A DNA stretch of 64,000 bases. Source: an uncultured bacterium. Its GTDB lineage: Bacteria; Verrucomicrobiota; Kiritimatiellia; RFP12; UBA1067. The notes beneath the pieces are model-generated. The model worked only from the letters and a program-made list of their open reading frames with translations. It had not been told where the DNA came from and did not search any database. The stretch lies in assembly GCA_902779865.1 (NCBI GenBank), contig CACZDG010000007.1:8958-72957 (forward strand), written 5' to 3'. Position numbers and translations under genes: made by a program. Positions 54,426-62,849 of the stretch are shown here, one piece after another (within the stretch, counting starts at the first letter, position 1; each line of letters begins with the position of its first letter).

Positions 54426-56642
54426 ATGATATGTGTTTCTAAAAAGGTTTTCGCGGCGTTGGCAATTTGCCAGCTGTTTGCAGTCAACGAGTATGCCATG
54501 GCATACGGCATTGCGGAAGTGAAAGACGTGCGCGTCGCACCGCTTGTTTCCTCCAAATGGTCGGTTGGAGATTTCGGCGGGGCAAATGCGTTCAATTTTT
54601 ATACTCCAAAGAACTATTCTTGCGGGTGTGGAATTACGGCGTATGCACAGATTATGCGTTTTTGGCGTGCGCCAAATGCGGTAGCCGCGAAGAAATTTCA
54701 GTGCTGGCTTGATGGAGTCCCGGGAAGTTATTCGACTAGAGGGGGCGCATACGCTTGGGACGAAATGCCTTTCACGGGCGAAGAGTGCGTCAATGACGCC
54801 CAACGCGAGGCGCTTGGACATCTTGCTTTTGATCTAGGAGTGGCTTCGCATGTGTCATGGGCCAATATAAAGTATTCATATAGTTATGGAGTCCTTTCGG
54901 TAGCCGCATTGCAAGATTATTTCGGGTATGCGTCGGCTCGCACTCTTATGCGTGGAGCCTCTAATGGAAACATTTTCAAGGATGAAGACTATCGGAATGC
55001 TTTGCTTGCGAGCCTTGACGCCGGTATGCCTGCGGTAATCGGAGTTAGGACCGTTGACAACCAAGGGCATCAAGTAGTCGTTGACGGGTATGGGTTTGAC
55101 GATGCAGGCAAACTATTATGCCACTTGAATTTTGGGTGGAATGGAGCCGCTGACAATTGGTACAATCTTATGGAGAATGCTTTTGCCGCAGGTGACGGCA
55201 TTGATGAGTTTGTATTCGCCCACATTGACGAAATAGCCTACAACATTCATCCAAGCAAGAAGGGAGAGGTTATTTCGGGACGTGTTTTGGATAAGGCTGG
55301 GAATCCTGTCAAAAACATTTCAGTTAGATTTGGACTGGCTGGGAAGGCCTCGTCGGTTGAGGAGACGCTTACGGATGAGAATGGCATCTACAGTTTCCGT
55401 TTTACAGGGAAGGGCAAGTATGTTGTCTCGGTGGCTGATGAGAATCTAGGGCAGGCGGAACGAACGATTACTATTTCAAAGGATGGAGCAAGTGTGGCCT
55501 TGGTTCCGTCGTTGGACTTCTCCGTCCCGTTCACCAGTTTCAAACTTTACGCAAACGCCATTGGTACCGTAGGTAACCGATGGGGAGAGGATCTGGTGCT
55601 TAAGGAAGGCTCGTCTGCACCCATTCCCCCGCCTACAACCGGTCCCATTTTCAGCGCCGCTGCCACAATTGATGGTTACCTGACGGATGCTGGCGGAAAA
55701 ATGGCTGGAACCATTCAGGTGAAGGCGGGAAAGGCCGACAAGGCCGGTCAAAGCAAGATGACGGCTAACGTCATGATAAATGGACAGGCAAAGAAATGGT
55801 CATTCAAGGGCGTTATGGCGGCAGATGGTTCGGCAAGCCTCTCTTGTGCGGGGCAACCGGCTCTGAATCTTGCGTTTGATGAAAAGGGAATGAGCGGTAA
55901 GCTTGGAGGGCGTGATGTCGTAGGCGTGCGGAATTTGTTCGCATCGAAAGTCAAGACAGAAGTCAATGAGGCCAATGCAGCACTGAAAACGTTGTTGGGT
56001 ACGTTGAACGTAGCATCGGATGGTACGTTCCTGACTGTGACGATTGCGGCCAAGGGCAAGGTCAAGGTGACCGGAATGATTGGCGAGAAGAAGGTTTCGA
56101 CAACAAGCCAGCTTCTGCTTGGTGAGACCCAGCACGTCATACCTGTGTTGGTGACGAAACCTACTATGTTGGCGTTCCTTGTCAACATGGCACCGAACGG
56201 GAGCGTGATCAGCGTAGAGGGGTTGAAAACATGCAAGGCTGGCAAGGTTGTTGGTTTGCGTTCAAACGCCAAGTTCCATGTGGATACTTCGGCGGAACTT
56301 TGGAAATCGTTGCAGGGGAACGTTATTACGGGGGTGTTGCCTGATGGCCAGCCTGTGCCCGTGTCTGGCAGTAAGTGGATTCTTGACAAAGCGGGGAAGG
56401 TGGTGTACAAAAAAGGCACGACTGATTTGGATGATACGAAGTTCGGCAAGAACCCTTCTGCGTTGAAACTGACCTACAAGGCGAAAGACGGGACATTCAA
56501 GGGGGCGTTCAAGGTATATTGTGAGGTGAAGGGTAGGCTAAAAGCAACGACCGTTAATGTGACGGGTGTGTTGATTGGCGACAGGGGTTATGGTTCGGCT
56601 TCCATCAAAAAAGTTGGGAGTGTGCCGATAACGGTTGAATAG
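54426..56642 (+). CDS. Peptidase C10 (streptopain/SpeB-like cysteine protease) with carboxypeptidase-regulatory-like domain and shared C-terminal module
   Basis: Catalytic Cys context YSCGCGITAYAQIMRFW. His context GHQVVVDGYGFD. HLNFGWNGAADNWYNL matches the SpeB NWGWGG block. ISGRVLDKAGNPV...TDENGIYSF. C-terminus NPSALKLTYKAKDGTFKGAFKVYCEVKGRLKATTVNVTGVLIGDRGYGSASIKKVG. Confidence 0.82.
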   Translation: MICVSKKVFAALAICQLFAVNEYAMAYGIAEVKDVRVAPLVSSKWSVGDFGGANAFNFYTPKNYSCGCGITAYAQIMRFWRAPNAVAAKKFQCWLDGVPGSYSTRGGAYAWDEMPFTGEECVNDAQREALGHLAFDLGVASHVSWANIKYSYSYGVLSVAALQDYFGYASARTLMRGASNGNIFKDEDYRNALLASLDAGMPAVIGVRTVDNQGHQVVVDGYGFDDAGKLLCHLNFGWNGAADNWYNLMENAFAAGDGIDEFVFAHIDEIAYNIHPSKKGEVISGRVLDKAGNPVKNISVRFGLAGKASSVEETLTDENGIYSFRFTGKGKYVVSVADENLGQAERTITISKDGASVALVPSLDFSVPFTSFKLYANAIGTVGNRWGEDLVLKEGSSAPIPPPTTGPIFSAAATIDGYLTDAGGKMAGTIQVKAGKADKAGQSKMTANVMINGQAKKWSFKGVMAADGSASLSCAGQPALNLAFDEKGMSGKLGGRDVVGVRNLFASKVKTEVNEANAALKTLLGTLNVASDGTFLTVTIAAKGKVKVTGMIGEKKVSTTSQLLLGETQHVIPVLVTKPTMLAFLVNMAPNGSVISVEGLKTCKAGKVVGLRSNAKFHVDTSAELWKSLQGNVITGVLPDGQPVPVSGSKWILDKAGKVVYKKGTTDLDDTKFGKNPSALKLTYKAKDGTFKGAFKVYCEVKGRLKATTVNVTGVLIGDRGYGSASIKKVGSVPITVE

Positions 56643-56660
56643 TAAAAAGTGCTTTGGCCG

Positions 56661-56683
56661 CACTTGACTTTGCAAGTGTTTTT
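56661..56683 (+). terminator. Short hairpin plus T5 after the C10 protease gene
   Basis: CACTTG-ACTTTG-CAAGTG followed by TTTTT. The stem is only 6 bp. Confidence 0.4.
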
Positions 56684-56686
56684 AGG

Positions 56687-56692
56687 TACAAT
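56687..56692 (+). promoter_or_regulatory. -10 box TACAAT upstream of cysteine-rich protein copy 2
   Basis: TACAAT 27 nt upstream of the ATG at 56720. AAAGGAG Shine-Dalgarno. Confidence 0.4.
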
Positions 56693-56719
56693 ACGCGCCA
56701 AGCCTAAAAAGGAGAAATC

Positions 56720-57502
56720 ATGAAAACGATAACAGTGTTTGCAGTTGCAGTTCTTTCGACATTTGCCGTCTTTGCTGACGCGCAGGTGTATGAGATGACG
56801 ATTACTCTTAAGTCCACAACTGCCGCATCTGGTAAAATCACGCCAATAGTGTGCGATACGCCGAAGCCGGAAGTCAATTTGTACCGCAAGCAGTCCACCG
56901 TAAAGATAAAAGGGGTGTTTTGGGGATGTGATTGCGAGACGATTGCCGAACCGCAGTTTGTAACGTCTGCGGAGGCTACCTATGGTTATGTCTTCTGGAA
57001 TGAAACGACTCACAAGGTTCTTGATGTTGAATTTGGCTGGCATATACTCAACCGCATTGACAAGAAGCTGAAGAAAGCAGAAGGCGCATGGATGATCGGC
57101 AGTTTGGATTCAGATGTTTTTCTTACGGGGGCTGGTTTCGGAACGGTCAAGGATGATGTCGCCAAGGCGTCGTGTACGATCAATTCCGTTATTCTAACAC
57201 CCATGAGCGGTTCCTGCGCTGGTTGGTTGTCGCTTCCTTCTGTCACAGTCAAGGGAACGGCTGAAGATTGCCCTAAATGTGGCGAGGTTACGCCTGGTAC
57301 CGATGATGTTGAGACTGTTGCACCGGCTTGGTCGTTATGCGAATGCGCCGAAGGTGGCGAATACACTGCTGCATCAGGCACATGGAAACTCAAGTACAAT
57401 GCAGCGGCCTCAAAGAAGTGGAAGAATGCTGATGCATCTCTTTCAATAACGAAGGCATATTCATTCCCGTCATACGTTAAGACGTTTATAGAATCGTTGT
57501 AA
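56720..57502 (+). CDS. Secreted cysteine-rich protein, family A copy 2
   Basis: Signal peptide MKTITVFAVAVLSTFAVFADA. Paralogous blocks shared with 47206-47997 (see that entry). Confidence 0.7.
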   Translation: MKTITVFAVAVLSTFAVFADAQVYEMTITLKSTTAASGKITPIVCDTPKPEVNLYRKQSTVKIKGVFWGCDCETIAEPQFVTSAEATYGYVFWNETTHKVLDVEFGWHILNRIDKKLKKAEGAWMIGSLDSDVFLTGAGFGTVKDDVAKASCTINSVILTPMSGSCAGWLSLPSVTVKGTAEDCPKCGEVTPGTDDVETVAPAWSLCECAEGGEYTAASGTWKLKYNAAASKKWKNADASLSITKAYSFPSYVKTFIESL

Positions 57503-57516
57503 ATGGAGCATTGCAA

Positions 57517-59328
57517 ATGAGAATCGCTTTCAGGGCATCGATCATGGCTGCGGGCGCGCTTGTCGCGTCCGTAGTCTGGGGGTTTGAATACAACGTGCGT
57601 CAACCGTCGGACTACCTTAAGCCGACGTGGCATTCGAAGGATACGGCCCCTGGTGTCTGGACTCTCAATGTTGATGATGCCTTGGCTCGTGCCAAGGCCG
57701 CTGGCAAGTGTACGATTCTCATGATGACGGCTTCGTGGTGGTGTCCATATTGCGAGACGTTTGAGGACATGGTTCTTTCGTCGAAAGCATGGAAGAACTA
57801 TGTGGCGGAGAAAGGGTTCTACCTCGCGATGCTGGATTTCCCGTATCGCAATGACGTGCCCGCAGGTCAGGAGTGGAAGAGTTGGCGCCCCGATCTTGGA
57901 AAGGGATGGGGCTTCAAGTGTTGGCTTATGAATCAGACTTATCTTGCGGAGATTGGCCTTACGCAAGAGGAAGGTCTGGACGCAATCATGGATCTGTACA
58001 AGCGTCAAGGTGAGCTTGCCACGGAGTCTGCACAACTGATAACGATGAAAAACTGGAGGCAGACGAAAGAGTTTACATACGGCAAGGTCGGTTATCTATC
58101 CTTGATCGTAATTGGACCAGATGGGAAAGAACGTGGGCGCATGTCGTTCCCGTGGTACAAAACAGAGTCTGTGACTGTTTCAGAGGCGCAAGAGTACGTC
58201 TTTCAATCGCTTGAGCAAATCATGGCTGGCACGTGTGAGATTTGCACCGATCCTGCTGCAGGCGTCCCAGTTACTGACAAGGCACAGGAGTACGACGGCT
58301 GGTTGGCCGATGGTTCAGGCGCGATTGCAGGCTTCGTACAGTTCAAGACATCGCGACGCATGGCTTCTGGCGCGGTTAAGGTCAGTGGTAGCGTTACAAT
58401 CTCAGGTAAGAAGACTACCTTCAAGCCAGTAGTTGCGTTCAATTTGAACCAGCCGATCGTTCTTGTGAATAAGGGTAAATCTGTAAACGTTTCGTTTGGC
58501 GAACTCGGTCTAAGTGGAGACGTGATGGTGGATGGCGTCCGATACACGATTGGAGGAGGAGGACGGAACGTGTTCAAAGCTAAGGATACTGCGGCTATGA
58601 GACGTCGGGTCTCAGCGCCGTCAGGCAATTGGAGTGTTGTCCTTAAACCTTCCGACAAGGATGCTCCGAATCGATACGCGCGCGGGTATGGCTCATTGAC
58701 GGTGCAGTTGCGCAGCAACGGTATTGGGAAAATTATTGGTTTTCTTGGCGATGGTACAAAGGTGAGCGTCAAATGCCAGGCAATTGTCGGCGACGATGGC
58801 GTATCTTGCTTGCCTGTATGTGCAAACCTTTACGGGAAAAGGGGTGGTCTGGGTTTCGTGTTATGGTTCAAGAACGGTCGTTTGCTCACGGCAACGGCTA
58901 TCAGGCCTTGGAAGGCCGTTGGTCGCTATGCGTCTTTTATAGCAAACTACGTCCCGAATTTCACTATGTCATCAGGTATTGGCGAGCCGTTGAACGAGAT
59001 GGATCTGACGATTGAGGACTTTGACGAAACGGCGCTTCTACGTGCGCTTCCGCTCGCTTGGTCTCCTTCTGAAGACATTGTAGAGGTCAAGGGAACAAAA
59101 TGGATTGGCACAAAGGCGTCTTACTTTTCGGCGAGGTGTACGGTGAGTTCGGGCCTGTTGAAGGGCAATATGACATTTTCGACGGTTCGTCCGAACGGGG
59201 CGATTAAAAAGGTTAAAGGGACTTTTACCGGTGTAATAATGGGGGGATCTGGATATGGTACGGTTTTTGTGGCAGGAGAGGGGACTTGGGCCGTCAAAAT
59301 CGCCGTTTGTGGAAGTTGCAGCGAGTAA
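57517..59328 (+). CDS. Secreted thioredoxin-fold (CxxC = CPYC) protein with beta-rich middle region and shared C-terminal module
   Basis: APGVWTLNV, CTILMMTASWWCPYCETFE. The middle YDGWLADGSGAIAGFVQFKTSRR parallels YGSYYTSNGAFAGRVVLTAGK (49145) and IDGYLTDAGGKMAGTIQVKAGK (54426). C-terminus SSGLLKGNMTFSTV...KVKGTFTGVIMGGSGYGTVFV. Confidence 0.7.
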   Translation: MRIAFRASIMAAGALVASVVWGFEYNVRQPSDYLKPTWHSKDTAPGVWTLNVDDALARAKAAGKCTILMMTASWWCPYCETFEDMVLSSKAWKNYVAEKGFYLAMLDFPYRNDVPAGQEWKSWRPDLGKGWGFKCWLMNQTYLAEIGLTQEEGLDAIMDLYKRQGELATESAQLITMKNWRQTKEFTYGKVGYLSLIVIGPDGKERGRMSFPWYKTESVTVSEAQEYVFQSLEQIMAGTCEICTDPAAGVPVTDKAQEYDGWLADGSGAIAGFVQFKTSRRMASGAVKVSGSVTISGKKTTFKPVVAFNLNQPIVLVNKGKSVNVSFGELGLSGDVMVDGVRYTIGGGGRNVFKAKDTAAMRRRVSAPSGNWSVVLKPSDKDAPNRYARGYGSLTVQLRSNGIGKIIGFLGDGTKVSVKCQAIVGDDGVSCLPVCANLYGKRGGLGFVLWFKNGRLLTATAIRPWKAVGRYASFIANYVPNFTMSSGIGEPLNEMDLTIEDFDETALLRALPLAWSPSEDIVEVKGTKWIGTKASYFSARCTVSSGLLKGNMTFSTVRPNGAIKKVKGTFTGVIMGGSGYGTVFVAGEGTWAVKIAVCGSCSE

Positions 59329-59343
59329 TTGGGGATTATTGCC

Positions 59344-60525
59344 ATGAAGAAGTATGCAGTTTTTATATTGATTTCGCTGGTTGCGATTGTGGCTGTGGTG
59401 TGGTTTGTGGCGCTGCCGCGTGGCGCGGAAGAGACGCCGCAAACAGAACATGTCGATGGCATAAAGAGTGGACGGCGTTTAGTCCGCCGCACTGGGCGGA
59501 ATCCGACCAATGTGCGTGAAAAAGTGCGAGGTATCGTTTCAACCGAACCCAAGAATGGGCGCCGTCGTCCACGACCAGACGCGGAGATGTTTGAACATCT
59601 GCGCGGGGTGGATCGTCGGCTTGCCGAGAGTATTCAGAAAGCGCTGGATGACGACAATTATAGTGGCGTTATGGAATCCGTTGATGCCGCCATGCGTTCG
59701 AAGAATGCCGAAGTACGCTCGCACCTAGTCGATGCCTTGGGTTGGTTTGGGGTCGAGGCGTTGCCCGAGCTCACGGTGCTGATGGCTGATCCGGATGATG
59801 AAGTGGCCGAATCGGCGCAAGCGCAGTGGACAGTTGCCCTGGCCGAAATTGAGAATCCAGGCAAACGCATGCAGATCGGTTTATCGGTGCTTGGGACGTT
59901 TTCTAATAAGGACATGTTGGATGGTATTATCGGAGAGGTTTCTAACGCCGCCGTTGAATACATTGAGGAAGAACCGGACGATTCAGATGAAGCGGAGAAT
60001 GCAGAGCGTCAAAGTACTAGGCGCATAGAGGTGGTTCAGGCTCTTCTTGATATTATGAGTGGCGATCTGCCAGTATGCGCTAAAGCCGCTGCCGAGGCAT
60101 ACGAAGATATTACGGGACACGAATGGATCAGCATTGACGAGGCAGAGCTTTACTTGCAGAACCCTGATGACTATGAACTGCCCGAAGATCGTGACGATGA
60201 CGATAATAAACGGATTCAGCCGCCAGTTGAGCCGCCAGTCGAACAGCCCGCTGAGCAGCCTGTTGAACAGCCAGTAGAGCAACTCGGCGAGCAGCCAGTA
60301 GTGCAGCCCGTTGAGCAACCCGTTGAACAACCAGGTGAGCAGCCTGTTGAACAGCCCGTAGAGCAGCCCGTTGAACAGCCTGGTGAACAACCAGTGGTGC
60401 AGCCAGTAGAGCAACCTGTTGAACAGCCAGGCGACCAGCAACAGCCTGTTGATACGCCGGAGCAAGACGACGATGACGATGGTGTTGTTATAGGACCAGA
60501 TGGCAAACGTATTGGTAATAGGTAA
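59344..60525 (+). CDS. Membrane-anchored HEAT-like repeat protein with acidic (E/V)QP(V/G) tandem-repeat tail
   Basis: N-terminal TM helix. LVDALGWFGVEALPELTVLMADPDDEVAESAQAQW is HEAT-like. The tail holds about 18 copies of a 4-aa EQPV/EQPG unit. Confidence 0.65.
   Translation: MKKYAVFILISLVAIVAVVWFVALPRGAEETPQTEHVDGIKSGRRLVRRTGRNPTNVREKVRGIVSTEPKNGRRRPRPDAEMFEHLRGVDRRLAESIQKALDDDNYSGVMESVDAAMRSKNAEVRSHLVDALGWFGVEALPELTVLMADPDDEVAESAQAQWTVALAEIENPGKRMQIGLSVLGTFSNKDMLDGIIGEVSNAAVEYIEEEPDDSDEAENAERQSTRRIEVVQALLDIMSGDLPVCAKAAAEAYEDITGHEWISIDEAELYLQNPDDYELPEDRDDDDNKRIQPPVEPPVEQPAEQPVEQPVEQLGEQPVVQPVEQPVEQPGEQPVEQPVEQPVEQPGEQPVVQPVEQPVEQPGDQQQPVDTPEQDDDDDGVVIGPDGKRIGNR
60216..60446 (+). repeat. 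12-nt periodic coding tandem repeat (GAGCAGCCNGTN)n
   Basis: Reads QPPVEPPVEQPAEQPVEQPVEQLGEQPVVQPVEQPVEQPGEQPVEQPVEQPVEQPGEQPVVQPVEQPVEQPG. There is a higher-order repeat of about 60 nt. Confidence 0.85.
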
Positions 60526-61331
60526 TGAAGAAAACGGTCATTTCTTGCCTCGTAGGCCTACTTTGCGTGTCGGCGATTGTTATTGTCGTGTTGCGGCACG
60601 ATGGCGCGTCAAGTAAGGCAGATATTGATCCTGGTGACCGCGATGAAGTTTCTTCGCGCAACCCAGGCAAGAAATTTTCAGTGACTCCGGCTTCATCGCA
60701 GCGTAAGCGCCATAAAGTGGCTAATCCGTCAAAACCGGTTTTGGATTTAGGTGTTGATGATGACGATGATGAGGAAGACAGGCGGACGCCAGCCGAGAAG
60801 GCGCTTGCAGAACGCATAGAGAAGGCTCTTGACGAAGAAGATCTTGAAATGGCGGTGTCATGCGCAGACGAGGCCCTGTCATGCGCGGTCACCGAGATTC
60901 GTCAGGCGATGGTTGAAACACTTGGCTGGTTTGGCGAGAAAGCGCTACCTGAACTCACGCCATTTCTTGCGGATGCCGATGAAGACGTTCGCGACAGCGC
61001 GATGAACGAATGGACAACGGCATTGTCATCCATTGAGGATGAAAAAGCAAAAATCGGGGTTGTGGAACTTGCGATGGGCGTCCTTAAGGATGAGGATGCA
61101 TTGGAGTCGATTTCGAGCGAATATATCGGCGTGGACGAGAAACTGGCCGTTGAGTCGCTGTCTAGGATCATTACGGACGGGAAGTCGGCTGCTGGCGTCG
61201 AAAAGGCCAAGGAGACTTACGAGTTTGTAACTGGCGACGAATGGGCGGGTGTTGATGAGGCCGCACGCTGGATTGCCGAAGAATACGAACCGCCAAACCA
61301 AGCTGATGCTTCTGGTGGCAATCAACGGTGA
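60525..61331 (+). CDS. Membrane-anchored HEAT-like repeat protein (tandem paralog of 59344-60525)
   Basis: MVETLGWFGEKALPELTPFLADADEDVRDSAMNEW and TYEFVTGDEWAGVDEAARW align with the upstream paralog. TAATG overlap. Confidence 0.65.
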   Translation: MKKTVISCLVGLLCVSAIVIVVLRHDGASSKADIDPGDRDEVSSRNPGKKFSVTPASSQRKRHKVANPSKPVLDLGVDDDDDEEDRRTPAEKALAERIEKALDEEDLEMAVSCADEALSCAVTEIRQAMVETLGWFGEKALPELTPFLADADEDVRDSAMNEWTTALSSIEDEKAKIGVVELAMGVLKDEDALESISSEYIGVDEKLAVESLSRIITDGKSAAGVEKAKETYEFVTGDEWAGVDEAARWIAEEYEPPNQADASGGNQR

Positions 61332-61334
61332 CGG

Positions 61335-62750
61335 ATGTTCACTCAGGGCAGAATAAGGGTAGTGGCGCTGGGGATGGCGGATGCAGCGTGCATCGCCTCC
61401 GTATGGATGTTGTCCGTTCTCTCGTATTGGTGGCTTGGCGGAGACTATGACCCCGCGCTGTATCTATCTTTCTGGCCTGTGGTCCCGGCGTTTCTTCTGC
61501 TGAACGCGGTACTTGGACTATACAATGGGAGCTGGATGTACCCGGCCGCACCTTTGTCGCCGGTCGAGGAGATGCGGCGGCTTTTCCTCTCATCGCTGAT
61601 TGTGCATCTGGCCGTTGTCGCCTTTCTCGTCATGTTGTTCCAGACCACGCGGGGCTATTCGCGTGTCGTCATCGCGTCCGCTGGCGTATTGACCTCGCTG
61701 CTCTCGCAGTCGTTTCGGAATTGGATGAGGTATGCGTTGTTCAAGCTGAATGCGGGGCAGATACCCGTTCTGCTTGCAGGTGTGGGCGAGGCGGGACGGC
61801 GGCTGGCCGTGATTCTCAAAACCGATCCCTACACTGGCTTTAAAATCGTCGGCTACTTCAACGGTGTTCGCGAGGTGAACCCCGAATTGGATAGCAAGGA
61901 GATCCCGTGCCTTGGTTCGTTTAAGGACATCGTACCAGAGGCGAAGAGGCTCGACGTCAAGATACTGATTGCATGCCAGGACGAACGTCTCTTCCGTTGC
62001 CAGATGAAGGAGTTCTCAGCCTGGTTCACGTACATCGAGTTTCTGCCCACGGCAAGCGCATTCCCCGTATTCGGCTCAAAGGCCGTTGTGTTCGATGGCT
62101 TGGGCGGGCTTGAAATGGTCAACCAGGCGCGCAAGCGGGCGTTGCGATTCCAGAAATGGTTACTCGACAAAACACTCGCTTTGATCGCTTTTGTGGTGGC
62201 GTTGCCTTTCTTCATCGTCCTGCCTGTCCTTATAAAGCTGACAAGCCGCGGTACGGTATTTTACAGGCAGGAACGGCTTGGACGCTACGGAAAGCCGTTC
62301 CGCGTGTGGAAGTTCCGTTCCATGTACGCCGACGCCGATGCGCGCCTCAAACGCCTCTGCGAGGAAAACCCTGAATTGGCGGCAGAATGGGAACGTAATT
62401 ACAAGCTTTCAAACGACCCGCGCGTGACGCCGTTCGGACGTTTCCTCCGGCGTACGTCCCTTGATGAACTTCCCCAGCTCATTAACGTGCTTTGCGGCGA
62501 GATGGCGTTGATTGGTCCGCGTCCAATTGTTGCGGGCGAAGTGAAATACTATGGCACTTCCTACGAAACGTTTGCGTCCGTGCGTCCTGGCGTTACGGGG
62601 CTTTGGCAGATTTCCGGACGCAGCGATACAGATTACGACCGACGCGTCGCGCTGGACACCTATTACGTGTTGAACTGGTCGCCGTGGATGGACTTGTGGA
62701 TTCTCCTGCGTACCGTCCTCGCCGTCGTTCTCATGCGCGGTGCGCGATGA
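61335..62750 (+). CDS. Polyprenyl-phosphate glycosyl-1-phosphate transferase (bacterial sugar transferase, WbaP/CpsE type)
   Basis: N-terminal TM bundle, then [71 protein letters not shown]. Confidence 0.88.
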   Translation: MFTQGRIRVVALGMADAACIASVWMLSVLSYWWLGGDYDPALYLSFWPVVPAFLLLNAVLGLYNGSWMYPAAPLSPVEEMRRLFLSSLIVHLAVVAFLVMLFQTTRGYSRVVIASAGVLTSLLSQSFRNWMRYALFKLNAGQIPVLLAGVGEAGRRLAVILKTDPYTGFKIVGYFNGVREVNPELDSKEIPCLGSFKDIVPEAKRLDVKILIACQDERLFRCQMKEFSAWFTYIEFLPTASAFPVFGSKAVVFDGLGGLEMVNQARKRALRFQKWLLDKTLALIAFVVALPFFIVLPVLIKLTSRGTVFYRQERLGRYGKPFRVWKFRSMYADADARLKRLCEENPELAAEWERNYKLSNDPRVTPFGRFLRRTSLDELPQLINVLCGEMALIGPRPIVAGEVKYYGTSYETFASVRPGVTGLWQISGRSDTDYDRRVALDTYYVLNWSPWMDLWILLRTVLAVVLMRGAR

Positions 62751-62818
62751 GTTGCGCCGCGCAGAAAACGCAGTAGTGCAAATAATGCTCAATGTGTCAT
62801 CCACGATGCCGCGTGTTA

Positions 62819-62827
62819 TGGTATAAT
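62819..62827 (+). promoter_or_regulatory. Extended -10 box TGGTATAAT upstream of the MraY-like gene
   Basis: Exact TGnTATAAT 22 nt upstream of the ATG at 62850. AAAGGAAAA Shine-Dalgarno. Confidence 0.5.
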
Positions 62828-62849
62828 ATGCGCAAAGGAAAATACTGTC

